Shown here: one piece after another, positions 1 through 11,144 of the stretch
How positions within the stretch are numbered: position 1 is the stretch's first letter
Layout: the number at the start of each line of letters is the position of its first letter
Assembly: GCA_965649825.1 (NCBI GenBank)
Contig: OZ287694.1
Location: 1,949,292-2,013,291 of the forward strand
Reading direction: 5' to 3'
Source: Penicillus capitatus
Taxonomy: Eukaryota; Plantae; Chlorophyta
Length of the DNA: 64,000 nucleotides
Made by a program: the position numbers and the translations under genes
The notes under the pieces: generated by a model
Databases searched by the model: none
Told to the model about the DNA's origin: nothing
Seen by the model: only the letters and a program-made list of their open reading frames with translations

Positions 1-644
1 GGTCGCGACAACATCCAAGTATTTAAGGGGCACCGCGACGCGCATTTCGTCTTTTGCCGTAACGGGTAAGGGGTAGCCTCGAAGTGTCTAGGTAGTTGGG
101 AGGCGTCCCTCTGGGGGTGCCGATGACCTCCACATCTGGCTTCGAGGTGCGCGCCTCTGTTGCGACGGGAGGCCGGCCTCGTTGGGCGCAGTGGCCGTCA
201 CCCATGCTGGTGGCGAAGTTCATTGGTCCAGCGGGGAAGGGTGGGCTTGGGGTCATCCTAGCCGTTCCGGATCTTTCCGGACCGCGTCGAGGGTTTTCGT
301 GCCTCGACGCGAAGGGGTCTGACGAGACGGGTGGCGCCGTCGAAACCCTTAGGTCTTCTGTGTCGCCAAGATTTCGATCTGACGATGTGACGGTCTCGCC
401 ACGGTGATGGGACTGCCTCGTAGGGGATGGGGTCAGGCGTGAAAAGGGTGTTCAAGGGTCGCGTCAGAGGAGACGGGGACCATGAGGGGCTCTCGTTCTA
501 TGGTTCTGGGCGGTGGGTGACTCATCTGCCCGGAGGGTCAAATCACTTGGGCCAGATAAAAACCCTGGGGCTTTTGACCTTTTGTAAGCTTTTACTTTGT
601 GTGCTCGGGTGCGTGAGTTCGTGTAAGTTTCACTCTGGCCGACA
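1..644 (+). mobile_element. Probable right end of an LTR (Ty3/gypsy-like), cut by the window edge
   Basis: GC-rich non-coding stretch ending ...CTGGCCGACA at 644. The CCGACA terminus also ends the paired LTRs at 14577-15631, and the GTATTTAAG motif at 19-27 resembles GTACTTAAG in those LTRs. No PBS follows, so it would be a 3' or solo LTR. Its partner is not in the window. Confidence 0.4.
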
Positions 645-709
645 ACGACGCGCAACAGATTTCGCGCGCGACTGTTTCCTATCCACCGCTGTATCAGAAC
701 ACTCCTTAT

Positions 710-3480
710 TTGGCGGCTCTTGAGTCTTTCCGGAGCGCGGAACGCGGGAACACTGACGTGACCGAGCCTCTTCAGCAGGACTCGACCCAAGTTGAACAAC
801 CTGAGACTGCGGCGGAGGCAGGATCGTCAGACGTAGAAGTCGGGTCAGAGGGATCGCGCGAGGAACCCACGAGCGACAAGTGGTTTCGGAGCGAGGTTAC
901 GACCAAGCAGAAGGATCAGACAAGATGCAGCAACAAGCATGGCTATATCTCTTTGCGTTGCTTTACCCTCTTGTCTCTGCGGCAATGATTACGTAAACAA
1001 GCACGAATATCAGTTGAAAAACACTCTCCGACCATTTATTTGTTCACTTAACTATTTAAGCGGCCATTGTTCGAGCGCATTCCGTTCTACCCAAAACTTC
1101 AAAGCCTACCGAGAAATTCTTCCACCGTCGATATCGCCTCGTCTGCCAAATGCAAGTCATCGGTGCGCCTCCTAAATGGCTATTCGCTTTGTCGAGTACG
1201 GCCAGCAGAGGGGGACACAGTGCCGACAAGGACGTACCGTACTCCTACGTCCTGAAAACGCACCAGTGGTACGCGACCTATGAAGTATAGAGACAACGAA
1301 GCAAACTCTCGGCGTCGGAGACGGTTTCCTGTGCAACAGTGCCGCATACATCGCTCTCTCTTCGACGCAAAGAAGCAAACGCGCGACGTGGAGGCGTTTA
1401 CAGTGGACGGAAAGCAGTGGTGCGCAAAGCACGTTGTCCAGTCCGGCGCTATCTGACATGTCCGTGCGTGTTTGAGGCGCGTCCGCGTTAAACATGCGAA
1501 GGGGAAGCTGTTGGTCTACTTGTTGTCGCCCAATAGAGATGGAGACGCAGTGCATCACACTTTTACGCTTCTCAATCACCTCGACGCGGAAAGAAGCGTG
1601 TGTTTAGGTATGCCGAGGCGACGGTTTCTGAATCCTTCAGTTCGGAAGCCCGCAGGGAAATCTGAAGATCCCGGCTGGCTGCGTTGCAGAAAGCTTTCCG
1701 TTTTGGCGGCAACGGCGGCAGATATCGTTGAGTCTTCGACGGGATTCTTGGACAACGAATCGTTTTCGCTGCGTTTGGAGATGCGAATCAAACGACCGGA
1801 CAACGAATTGTTTCTCACTTCCTTCGTTGACGAGTCGACAACCTGTGAGGTGCGGCTGAATCGAAGACGATGCTCAATGAACGGCAACAACTGTCGTTTC
1901 AGTGGATGCTCAAGAACACAAGGGACATGAGCCCGTCCATCATCAAGAGTGACGTTTTCAGAGTTGGCGAGTGCAAGATGTAGGGATCTATCTATATGTG
2001 CCGTCATTGCCCTCACGATGCTCAGGAGATTGGAAATCTACCGAGATGACGCAGTCGCGGAATCTGACGCTTTGAAGGTTTACCTGGAAACGAGAGTCGT
2101 CGTCCTTGTTGGGTGAATGGCACAATTCGCGTCACGAATCATCGAACGCCGAACAATGACGTAACCCAAAGTGTTATTTCAAATGACACGAGCGACAAAG
2201 ACGTCGCTGCTTTCGCAGATATCCGGTAAGAACTTGATGCCGCCGCTAAACGAGGAAGTGTTCGGATCTTGGATGGCCGCAACGCTCTCGGTGACGACTC
2301 CGGCTTTGTGGACGACCGCGGCTGGTCGACGCTCTCACTGACGCTTCGTGGTTCCAACTGCAGACGTGCCGCGTGCGAAGTGCTGCGCGAGAAGAGGGGC
2401 AGGGGAATCGATCTCACCTCCTGGATCGCCGCAGAGACGAGAATGAACGATGAAAGTACGTTCCATAACGCAAACTGTGTTTCAGTCTTTGTCTAACAGC
2501 GAGGTGCGGCTCTGGTAAGAGGCGTGTCCCGCATGCTTACCTTATCTCAAGGAACGCGCTGAATTTCGCGACCGAGGTGATATTCTTTACTCCTCAGAAG
2601 CCTCCTTCGATTGAGTGCCTGATCTTTATGTGCAGCTGTGTTTGCATCGCTCCATGCTGGAGAAGACAGGAAGTCGATTCTCTATGAAGCTCTACTCTCT
2701 GCTTGGCGTTACGTGATATGGATGAATCACTCCTTTCCTTACTGGATGACACACGTGTTTGTTCAGGTACATTGCTGTCAATCAAAAAGACGATGGCATT
2801 CTGGAGTCTCATGTCTATGTCATGAATATCCCAGCTGTCGAATTCGAGATGGATTCACGCTGGCCAACCTCGAGGACGAAGCCGACAGCATCCAGATCGG
2901 TATGCTGGCACATGTGCATTTCTCTAACCGTTCAACTAATGACGGATTGGGTCTCTGAAGAGAATCGCGAAGCAGTGACGGTCTGCAACGGAGACTGGGG
3001 AGGTGACTTCTGTCCCGTGAGGAGATTGACAGAACCGTCTTCCGGATTCCTCAAAAGAGGCTTCTTTGTGATCGTCATGAACATGACCATGACCATCAAG
3101 GCACGACAACGAATTTGACGTTGTCGTGCATTGGGCACCGTTAAGGGCGATGGGAAGGAACACGTAATCTGTTTGAACTGATAACATTGTGTCGCTCTGA
3201 AGGTCTGTATCGCAGTTGTCCACTCGGGCAACGACACTGTGCGTTTTTCCTATAGGTCGGTGAATGCCCCGGTTCTTCCGACATCTGGGAAAGCTCTGAA
3301 GATGGTTTCACTTGGTCGTCAGCATGCGAACGGCACTTCTTTTTTTCTCTATCTGTCTCGCACGTTGTATTCGCTGCACAGCAGGACAACCACTGAGTGA
3401 ATGTCCTTGGAATGCGACGTTTACACGATCGTACGTACCTCCGTTGTGTGTCGCTCTGTTCATTCGGTGTGATAACGCGT
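710..3480 (+). pseudogene. Multi-MATH (TRAF-like) domain gene, probably degenerate, possibly with a decayed C-terminal RING
   Basis: Three MATH C-terminal-strand-like motifs: GWLRCRKLSVL...STGFLDNESFSLRLEMRI (1472-1930), ALGDDSGFVDDRGWSTLSLTLR (~2290) and GDWGGDFCPVRRLTEPSSGFLKRGFFVIVMNM (~3000-3090). HVICLN**...VVHSGNDT (~3160-3240) resembles the RING of the 60-62 kb gene but contains stops. No ATG; the frame is open back to the putative LTR end. Exon structure unresolved. Confidence 0.45.
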
Positions 3481-3909
3481 CTTCATTCTGCTGCTCACCT
3501 GTCGGTCTGTTCGTCGTGTTTGCATCCTTCGACCTAGACAGACGTGACATCCTTCGGCATCTGCAGAGCCGAAGGCGTTGTTCGATGCGTGAATGTTCCT
3601 AGTTTTGTCGCATCAGAAGCTTTCGTGAAATCTGCGTCGCTAAACTGTGAGACGAGAGACGTTCTCGCTCTCCGAGGAACTCTTTGAGTGTCGCATCACC
3701 TGAAGTGACAAGTCCTATCGTTGCCCCTTAATGACGTCTATCTGAAGATCATACAGCAGTGTGAGTGAATAGTTCATCAAACAGGCAATGACGCTGCACG
3801 ACTGACTCTGATTACCCAACGCGAACTGTTTCGTACAGAACCTGCACGTCATCAGAGACTGACCTCTCTTCGAAACCGCAGTGCGGCGCTGGTTCTTTTT
3901 TCGAGCAGG

Positions 3910-6272
3910 ATGTCCTCAGGCGGAGAAAGTCGGGCTTGCACTAGAAACGACATGGAAACACAGCTGACGTTAGGTGCATTGATAACGCCTGTGGTTTTTT
4001 TTGAACAAAAGAAGAAAGTACGGTGTACTGTTGCAGATGTGGCAAAGAGCAGCGGGTCATCGAGTGAACGCCCAAGACTTGTTCTTCGGATACCGCCGGA
4101 ACTGACGCCGGATTACGCAAAACAGTGAGCATCCCGCCCACAAATTTCAACTGCTGACGAACCGTCTAATTTAACGGACAGACTCATCAATGCGTACGGA
4201 ATCGACGTCTTCAATGTCGTTGATGACGAAGAGAGATTGCCTGTTCTCTGGCAAGTCATCCGAAGAGGCGGCTACGACTGCGCGAACGCGCTGCTGGATG
4301 ACGCGAAGGAGAAGGGGATCACCGTCACGTTTTGCGAACGGGATCAGGATCTGCTGTCGTGGGCAATCGACAGCGACGCGCACGAAGCCGTCGAGTTCAT
4401 TCTGGAGAAGCTCGGGGAGAAATGCGTTTCCCTTGAAGAAACGCGCCGCCTCCTCACGACGCACCTCCATACCATCGGCCAAAAACGTCCGAAGATGCTG
4501 GTCGACCTTCTCAAGAAGGATAAGCTCACCGTGGAGTACGACAGATTTCCAGTACGCAAGGCTGTTTTCGACACCGAAGGCAAACCTCCAGTGGAGGTGA
4601 TCAGGAAAGAAAACGTGGCGCACGTCAGAGATTGGGCAACGCTAACGCGTGATTACGGAAGGGATTTCTGGAACAAGCAGTATCCACAAGAGACACAAGA
4701 GGACGTCAGACGGTTTGCAGAACCACAAATCAAGGCCACTGCGAAACTCTTCTGCTTCGGCCACGATGCCCCTCGCAGCAGACGGAACCCGATTCTATCG
4801 CCCTCGTCTCTACTGCTCCAGTTCATCCCGAAGTTCCAGCGACAGCAGCATCTCTGCATACACCTCTACGAAAAGGACCTCCCTGTGGACGTCTTCCATT
4901 CCGAGACGCTGAAGAAGCTGATTGACCGCTGGTTTCAGAAGTACCATTTCATTTATCGAAAGGCCATCTTTGCGGATTGCGCCGCCATTTCTGCCTTTAT
5001 GATGTTCTCCATTCTGTATGGAAATCAAGGCGAGGTCCGAGGGGGATATCCGTCACTCTCCATAGCGCTGATCGCCGTTTCATTCGGTATGCACACGGCA
5101 GGAACGATCTATTACCAGTCGCTTCTCAGGCAAGAAACCAGACACGACTCCCATTTGCGTAGCTTGTTGAGATGCGTGGGTGCAGGTTGGGCATCATGTC
5201 GATCGAAATCCCGCTTCTCGTTCACACGTTACGAGAGGATCACCACCAGGCGTACTCCGCCTTCCTGACATCTCTCGCTTGCATCCTCCAATGCATCTCG
5301 GTAGTTTCGATTCCGTAGCTTCTGCTGTTTGCCGAGTGTGTTTGTTCGTCGTTCGCCTCAGCTCTTCCGTATGTCGCAACCTGCTGATCGACTCGGGCCA
5401 TTCATCTCGATGGTGAATTCGGCCATCAAAGACTCATGGCGGTTTCTGTTGCTCGGGACTTTTCTGATCTTCGGCTATTCGGCTGCGTTTGAGGTGCTTT
5501 CTAAGAGTGGCTTCATGGGAGATGACGAAGAAAGCTTCCAGTCCCTTCCGCGTGCCATCGAGACCCTTCTCTACGCGTGTCTTGGAAACTTCGAAGTGGA
5601 CGTAGGTCCTCGTCAGCCTCCCTGCCACGCCTTTGAAGGGTCCTGCTGTGTCGATGCAGATGTTTCATTCGTCAAACAGCTTCCTTGCGATCTGGGCCAG
5701 ACTGCTGTTCGCTTCCTTCATCTACTTAGCACCGATCGTGCTGATCAGTCTGCTGATCGCTATCTTGACAGATACCTACGACAGAGTCCGATCGAGGGAG
5801 ATGGCAGAACTGCGAAAACTGCGACTCCGGATCGTAGCCAAGAGCCATATCAATCCTGCGATGTTTTCGATCGCAAAGAACGCATAGTGAGTTCATCAAA
5901 GGATGCTTGGAAAGCTAAGCCTCGGTTTGGTGGTGCTGCAGCCAGAGCATTAAGACGCGTCTCTGTTTCTTGTTCAGCCGCCATCGTACATCGCAGCAGA
6001 CAGAAACGGGGAATGCAGAGAATCCAGTCACATCGAGAGAAACGCTCTTTCTCTTTCTGGTTCCCGAAGACAGCAAAGCAGAATCGCGCGATGAAGAGTG
6101 GCATGGCAGACGGATGGCGCTTGAAAGAACGATCAAGGCAGAAGTTCGACAGAACGAGAGAAGCTGGAAGGAGCGACTCGCAGTCCTGGAAGAGAAAATA
6201 GAGAAACTGGCAGGACATCGTTCGAAGCTTGGCGAAGAAAAGACAGAAAACAAACTCCAGGAGGAAAACTGA
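3910..6272 (+). CDS. TRP-like cation channel with ankyrin-like N-terminus (paralog 1), multi-exon
   Basis: Ankyrin-like VDDEERLPVLWQVIRRGGYDCANALLD; hydrophobic TM segments; S4-S5 RLGPFISMVNSAIKDSWRF; pore FQSLPRAIETLLYACLGNFE; S6/TRP-box-like IVLISLLIAILTDTYDRVRSREMAELRKLR; C-terminal FLVPE..DEEWHGRRMALE followed by a coiled coil. Splice sites restore the frame, and two 5' introns match those of the paralog. Start codon (3910 or 3952) uncertain. Confidence 0.8.
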
Positions 6273-6921
6273 AGGAAGAATAAAGAGATTGTTGGAAAAC
6301 CCTATGAACGAAATCCTTCAAAACTGAATGCGCCTGGTCCAACTTTCCATTGCAATGGCGTGGCTCATTCAAATGCACCGTATAAGGCGTGGAGTCCCTA
6401 GAAGATTTCATTTTTAGTTTAGCCGAGCAAAGGTGGATTGACGTTTGCTCTAGGCACGTTAGTGAATCAGCTACTGACCCACTGACCCAGCCGCCACGTA
6501 CGTTGTGGCGGCTTGATGCTCTTACGGAGATTGCAGTTTTGCCAATAGAATTTAATCACTCGCAGGAGTTCTTATTCGACGTACATTGCTTTAGCGTTCT
6601 ATTAATGTTCACTAGAATCGGGAAAGGTTTTCAAGCATTGTTGTGCATACCGAATCGGCCTTTTGAATCAACCCTTCTCCGTTACTTGTGCTCAAACTTA
6701 TTTTATTTGCCTACTGATCCTACGGCCTCATTAAATTGAAGCATGTGTCGTGCACTATGTTCTTCGACTGTAGGGAAAAGCAAACGGACATGTGCGCCGT
6801 AAGAATAATGGAGGGGTCATTGATGCGATACGTTCTCTGTGTTTTAACAGTGAAAGACAAAAGGAGCCCGTGTTGCTCAGTCTGTACTCTTCGTGCATGA
6901 CTCGTGGTCAGTCGATCTTAA

Positions 6922-7400
6922 ATGCTTCGCCTTTCAGCGGGTTGTCTCGTAAAGCGGAGAGGGGCTCGACGGTATCTTCGCCTGGATAACGCGGAGAACC
7001 GCCGAGACGAGACGGCGATAGACTGGAATATCGACTCTTATGAACACGTGCGTTCGAGTTCGACTCGACGACCATTCTTGTTCGAGTTAGAAGATCTTGG
7101 TGACGATTCTAGTGTACGGCTGCGTGAACACGGAACAGCGACGGGTCTCCTGTTCGCGGACCTTGATCATGCATTTCTCGCAGACGACGGATAGGTGTAC
7201 CCTGTATGCAGACGCGTTCAGTGGCGGAGTGGGGTATTGCTCACTCGTTGCTCAGAGATGCGTCGGATCGCAATTCTGTGGATCGATCGGATCATCAGAA
7301 GAATCTCACTCTTCCAGCTCTCCCTGAATAAGTTATCCAATAGTGTTCGCGTATCCGTCGAACATCTCCATTCAGGAGCACGATCTTTCGATTCCTCCCG
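6922..7400 (+). pseudogene. MATH-like domain fragment
   Basis: IDWNIDSYEHVRSS resembles the first MATH strand, and GLLFADLDHAFLADDG* resembles the last. In-frame TAG at 7192-7194. Confidence 0.3.
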
Positions 7401-7901
7401 CGTCAGAACGTAAATCTCTCGTGCGAGATAGAAGCCGAATCATTCATGCGGGCAAATGCCGACTGCGCTTAGCTGAACTCCGAGACGCCTGACGGTGCCA
7501 TTTTAGCTTGATAACGGGAAGGAGAAAGACACAAAAATGACCTCGCACGACAGCGAAAAGATAAGAGATCGCATCTCCCTGAGAGAACTTTTCGGCGATT
7601 GTTCATTGGCTGTCGAGCTTCTCACGAGGCATTGAGTACTGCCCACTATCGTGTGAAAGGAAATGAGAATGAGATGACGAGTCCTTTAAGCAGCTGAGTT
7701 CTGAAGACCAAGCAACCAAATCTGTTGTCTCCTGGATATACCTGTGTCGCCTATTGTCTTAGTCGAGTATAACAGACTCCTTTAGTACTTAAGGGCGGCG
7801 AGATCTTCTATTCTCTCTCCATCTGAAGCGCATGAGCTCGCAGATGTCTTGGTTAGCAAAAGGAAGATGGGCGGCATCACAGAGACACATTTTTCAGACT
7901 A

Positions 7902-8016
7902 CTCTTCCTTTACACACACTACCACTATTCCTTTACACACACTACCACTCTTCCTTTACACACACTACCACTCTTCCTTTACACACACTACCACTCTTCC
8001 TTTACACACACTACCA
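7902..8016. repeat. Minisatellite, 5 x 23 bp (CTCTTCCTTTACACACACTACCA)
   Basis: Five head-to-tail copies read directly, with one mismatch in copy 2. No spacers; contains no G on the + strand. Confidence 0.95.
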
Positions 8017-8306
8017 ATTAAGAATGCGCGTCGTTCTTTCGTTTCATTCCCAGGAAACTAGTGGAATTCAATGTGTTGTTGGATTCTCTGATAATGATGA
8101 ATTCAGAAAGCAATGAAATGAATGGTTATTAGAAGACCCACCGGAAAGCTCTTCTGCAGCCATCATCGTCCGGGCAAGCAGTGTATAAATGCCATCGGAC
8201 ATGTCAGCAGCAACCTCCCGTCAAACACGCCTCTTGGTAAAGAAAAACAAAACGAGAGGGAAAGATGTTATTGCAAAGCAGATTGATCTGCATCCTTGGC
8301 AATCGC

Positions 8307-11144
8307 TTACGTCAAAGAAGGCTCAGGACTTGCGAGTTTCTGAAGGATCTGGTCAACAGCGGTTTTCATATCACCCATGGTCTCTTCCATCATCTTGCCC
8401 ATGGTCTCTTCCATCATCTTGCCCATGGTCTCTTCCATCATCTTGCCCATGGTCTCCTCCATCATATCACCCATGGTCTCCTCCATCTTGCGCATTCTGT
8501 CGAACACTGCACCCATGTCCTCCTTCGCATTCCGACGGATCTCTGAACGAAGCATCATCGACTGAGAAACCTCTGTCTCAGATAATGGACTGACCTCCAA
8601 GAGCTTTGTTGTGTAGTTTTGCTTCGGACTTAATGGTTCTTTCGAGTGCGACAAGTTTTCCGTGCCACTCTTCGTCAGAAGATTCTTCTTCACAGTATTC
8701 AGGAACCAGGAAATGAAAGTACGTGCCTTTGATCTTTTCAAGTTCCGTGTTCTTGCGATGTATCACCCACAGTAGTGGTCCGACTATCCAACCAGTTAAA
8801 AAACAGCACCATGGTCCATTGTTTATTATACACCTAGATACCAACACAAACACAAAAACCATGTGCAGAATGCAATCGAATCTGAATGGTCTTACCTCTT
8901 AACAAACGCGCCAATCATGGCACACTTGCGTGTCGCTTGCAGTCGGTGCATCGACTGCACTGCCTCCTCTTTTGATCGAACTCTGTCATGCGTATCCGTC
9001 AAGATGGCGACCAGCAAACTCGAGAGCACAATGGGCCCGATGTAGACGAAGGAATTGAATAGCAAGAACGTCCAGATTTCGAGAAAGCGATTGTTATGGT
9101 AAATCATCTGCGTCAGGAAAACCTCAGTCAAAACCAAGAAATGCTGAATTCTGGCAGAGTTCACTTTAGTCTCAAAGTTCCCTTGACCTGTGCTTAGCAA
9201 CTTCCCCAGCGCATGTGGAAAGGTATCGAAGTAGGTGGCATCGACATTGGTATCTTTATCGACATTGGTATCTTCACTGATATCGCCATCGCCATTGCCA
9301 TAGGGATAGTCATAGGGATAGTCATAGCGATAGCGATAGCCATCCTCATAGCCAAGTCTACTTCCGAAGAGAACCATGAAAGCTGCGGAATAACCAATCA
9401 TCAGTAACAAGCCCATCATCGCGAAAGGCAGAGAGTCCTTCGCTGCATAACCCATCATTGAAACGAAGTGTCCCAATCGATCGAATGGTCGAATGGTTCG
9501 AAAGAACTGGTCCACAAACACACATGGCATTGCGACAGAAAGTAGAAAACAACTTTTGGATGGTCTTACCACGAGCCAGCAGAGGATGCATCCGACAGAT
9601 GCCGTGAAAGCAAAGAAGACGTGTTGCTCTTTACGGTAGTCGTCAAAGAAGACGTGTTGCTCTTTACGGTAGTCGTCAAAGAAGACGTGTTGCTCTTTAC
9701 GGTAGTAGTCATCATCTTGTACGTCAGTGCCGTATGCGCATGAAAAGAGTACAACGTCAATGATGAACATAGCGATTCTAGATACAGACATCAAACGGAC
9801 AGTCGAATATTGATCTCTCACTGAATTGCCGTACCTTAGCACTGAAAAAGAACAAAAAATTCCTAACAGATTTGCAAAGCATGACACCACTATGAGTGCC
9901 ATCACAATTTCACCTTCGTTTTCACGGCTGTATAGGATAACAGAGATTGTGAACGCCACAGCAACCAAGACATCCAGCAGGGCACCCATCAAGTAGAAGT
10001 TGCGGTAGAAGCTATACAACCAGTCAACAAGGGCTCTAATCGATGCCGACTTGGCAAGTAACTTCGCCATTTCTGTCCTGCCGAAAGGACGATGCTTCAC
10101 GATACCGAAGCCCGATCCTCTACGCAAAAATACTCAGCTTTGCGCAACAGTACCACAAACACACTTCGATTCTAGGATTCCCCAGAAATCCCCATTACTG
10201 AGGCAAAGAAGTTTTGCAACTGCTTTAATCTGTGGGCCTGTAGTGTCCATAAATTTCCGGGAATCTTTACTGTTCTGGATCCAGAGATCTTTTGCCGCGA
10301 TTCCATCCATCGTCCAGCTCTCTGGATGATGATCAGTAGACATCGCAACTGTTCTTTTTCCGTTTCTGCCGAACAGCGTCATCGGTACTTCAAACCTGGC
10401 GTAGTCTATTGTAAATCTGTCCTCTTTAAGAAAACGGAGAATAATCTTCGTGAAGTCGGACTCGAGGGTAGAGTAGTGTGAGCCCAGTAGTTCGATTGTT
10501 TCCGTCAATGATCCATATTTTCTGGTGAGTTTGTCTAGAATGAACTCGACATGGACGTCAGATCTTTTGGCGATGGCTCTGGACAACAAATCGCCGTTTT
10601 CGCTTTTGAACTTCACAGGAATCCCATTTCTCTTCGCATAATCGAGGAGTATGTCTGCGGCGTCAAATCGGTTTCTCCCCACGGCATCCCAGAAAATGGG
10701 ATTCCCTTCTGCGTCAACGGCATCGACAATGCGAGTCCCGTGTTCGGAAATGAGTCTGTCCATTCACAGGACCGTTAACTAACCATACAGAGCACGAGGA
10801 GACGCTTACTGTCTGGTGCTCTCCAACGTCCACTCTGACGGAGGCTCGAGAAGCCACTTTCTCCTCTCTCCGGAGGCCGAGTCGCCGTTATCTAAGACAA
10901 CACGCAACCGTCACGTCCGTGACGGGGAATGAAAAACGAGACGGGAAGTCCACGCACCGTTTGCCGTCTCCTCTTCCGGCTGTTTACTACTGTCTTCGGT
11001 GTTCGTCAACAGTTTTGCCTCTTGACATGGTACACCATTCTGCTGAAGTTGAGATGAAGACGCTTCCTTCAGGGAATACACGTGCTCGACTGGCAGTAAT
11101 GGCTGCTCCATTTCCTCGACAATCTCTCGAGGCGCTGAAGACAT
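8307..11144 (-). CDS. TRP-like cation channel with ankyrin-like N-terminus (paralog 2), multi-exon
   Basis: VDAEGNPIFWDAVGRNRFDAADILLD; RLGHFVSMMGYAAKDSLPF; pore FDTFPHALGKLLSTGQGNFE; IVLSSLLVAILTDTHDRVRSKEEA; HFLVPEY..DEEWHGKLVALE. Collinear with paralog 1. ATG at 11144; GT-AG introns join ORFs 10911-11249, 10134-10763, 8892-10127, 8578-8862 and 8307-8741. Confidence 0.82.
8370..8489 (-). repeat. Coding tandem repeat, 5 x 24 bp (MEETMGKM) in the TRP paralog 2 C-terminal tail
   Basis: Units (A/C)T(C/T)(A/G)CCCATGGTCTC(T/C)TCCATCAT read directly on the + strand. Confidence 0.92.
9612..9710 (-). repeat. Coding tandem repeat, 3 x 33 bp (DDYRKEQHVFF) in TRP paralog 2
   Basis: AAAGAAGACGTGTTGCTCTTTACGGTAGTCGTC three times, with one mismatch in the third copy. 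Confidence 0.95.

Noticed and set aside
6489-6513. 9-bp GC-rich hairpin (AGCCGCCAC...GTGGCGGCT) as a Helitron 3' end or terminator
   Set aside because: No CTRR terminus at the expected distance, no U-tract, and intrinsic terminators do not apply to this eukaryotic context.
7902-8016. 23-bp repeat as a CRISPR array or telomeric tract
   Set aside because: There are no spacers. It is internal, only five copies long, and does not match TTTAGGG/TTAGGG-type repeats.
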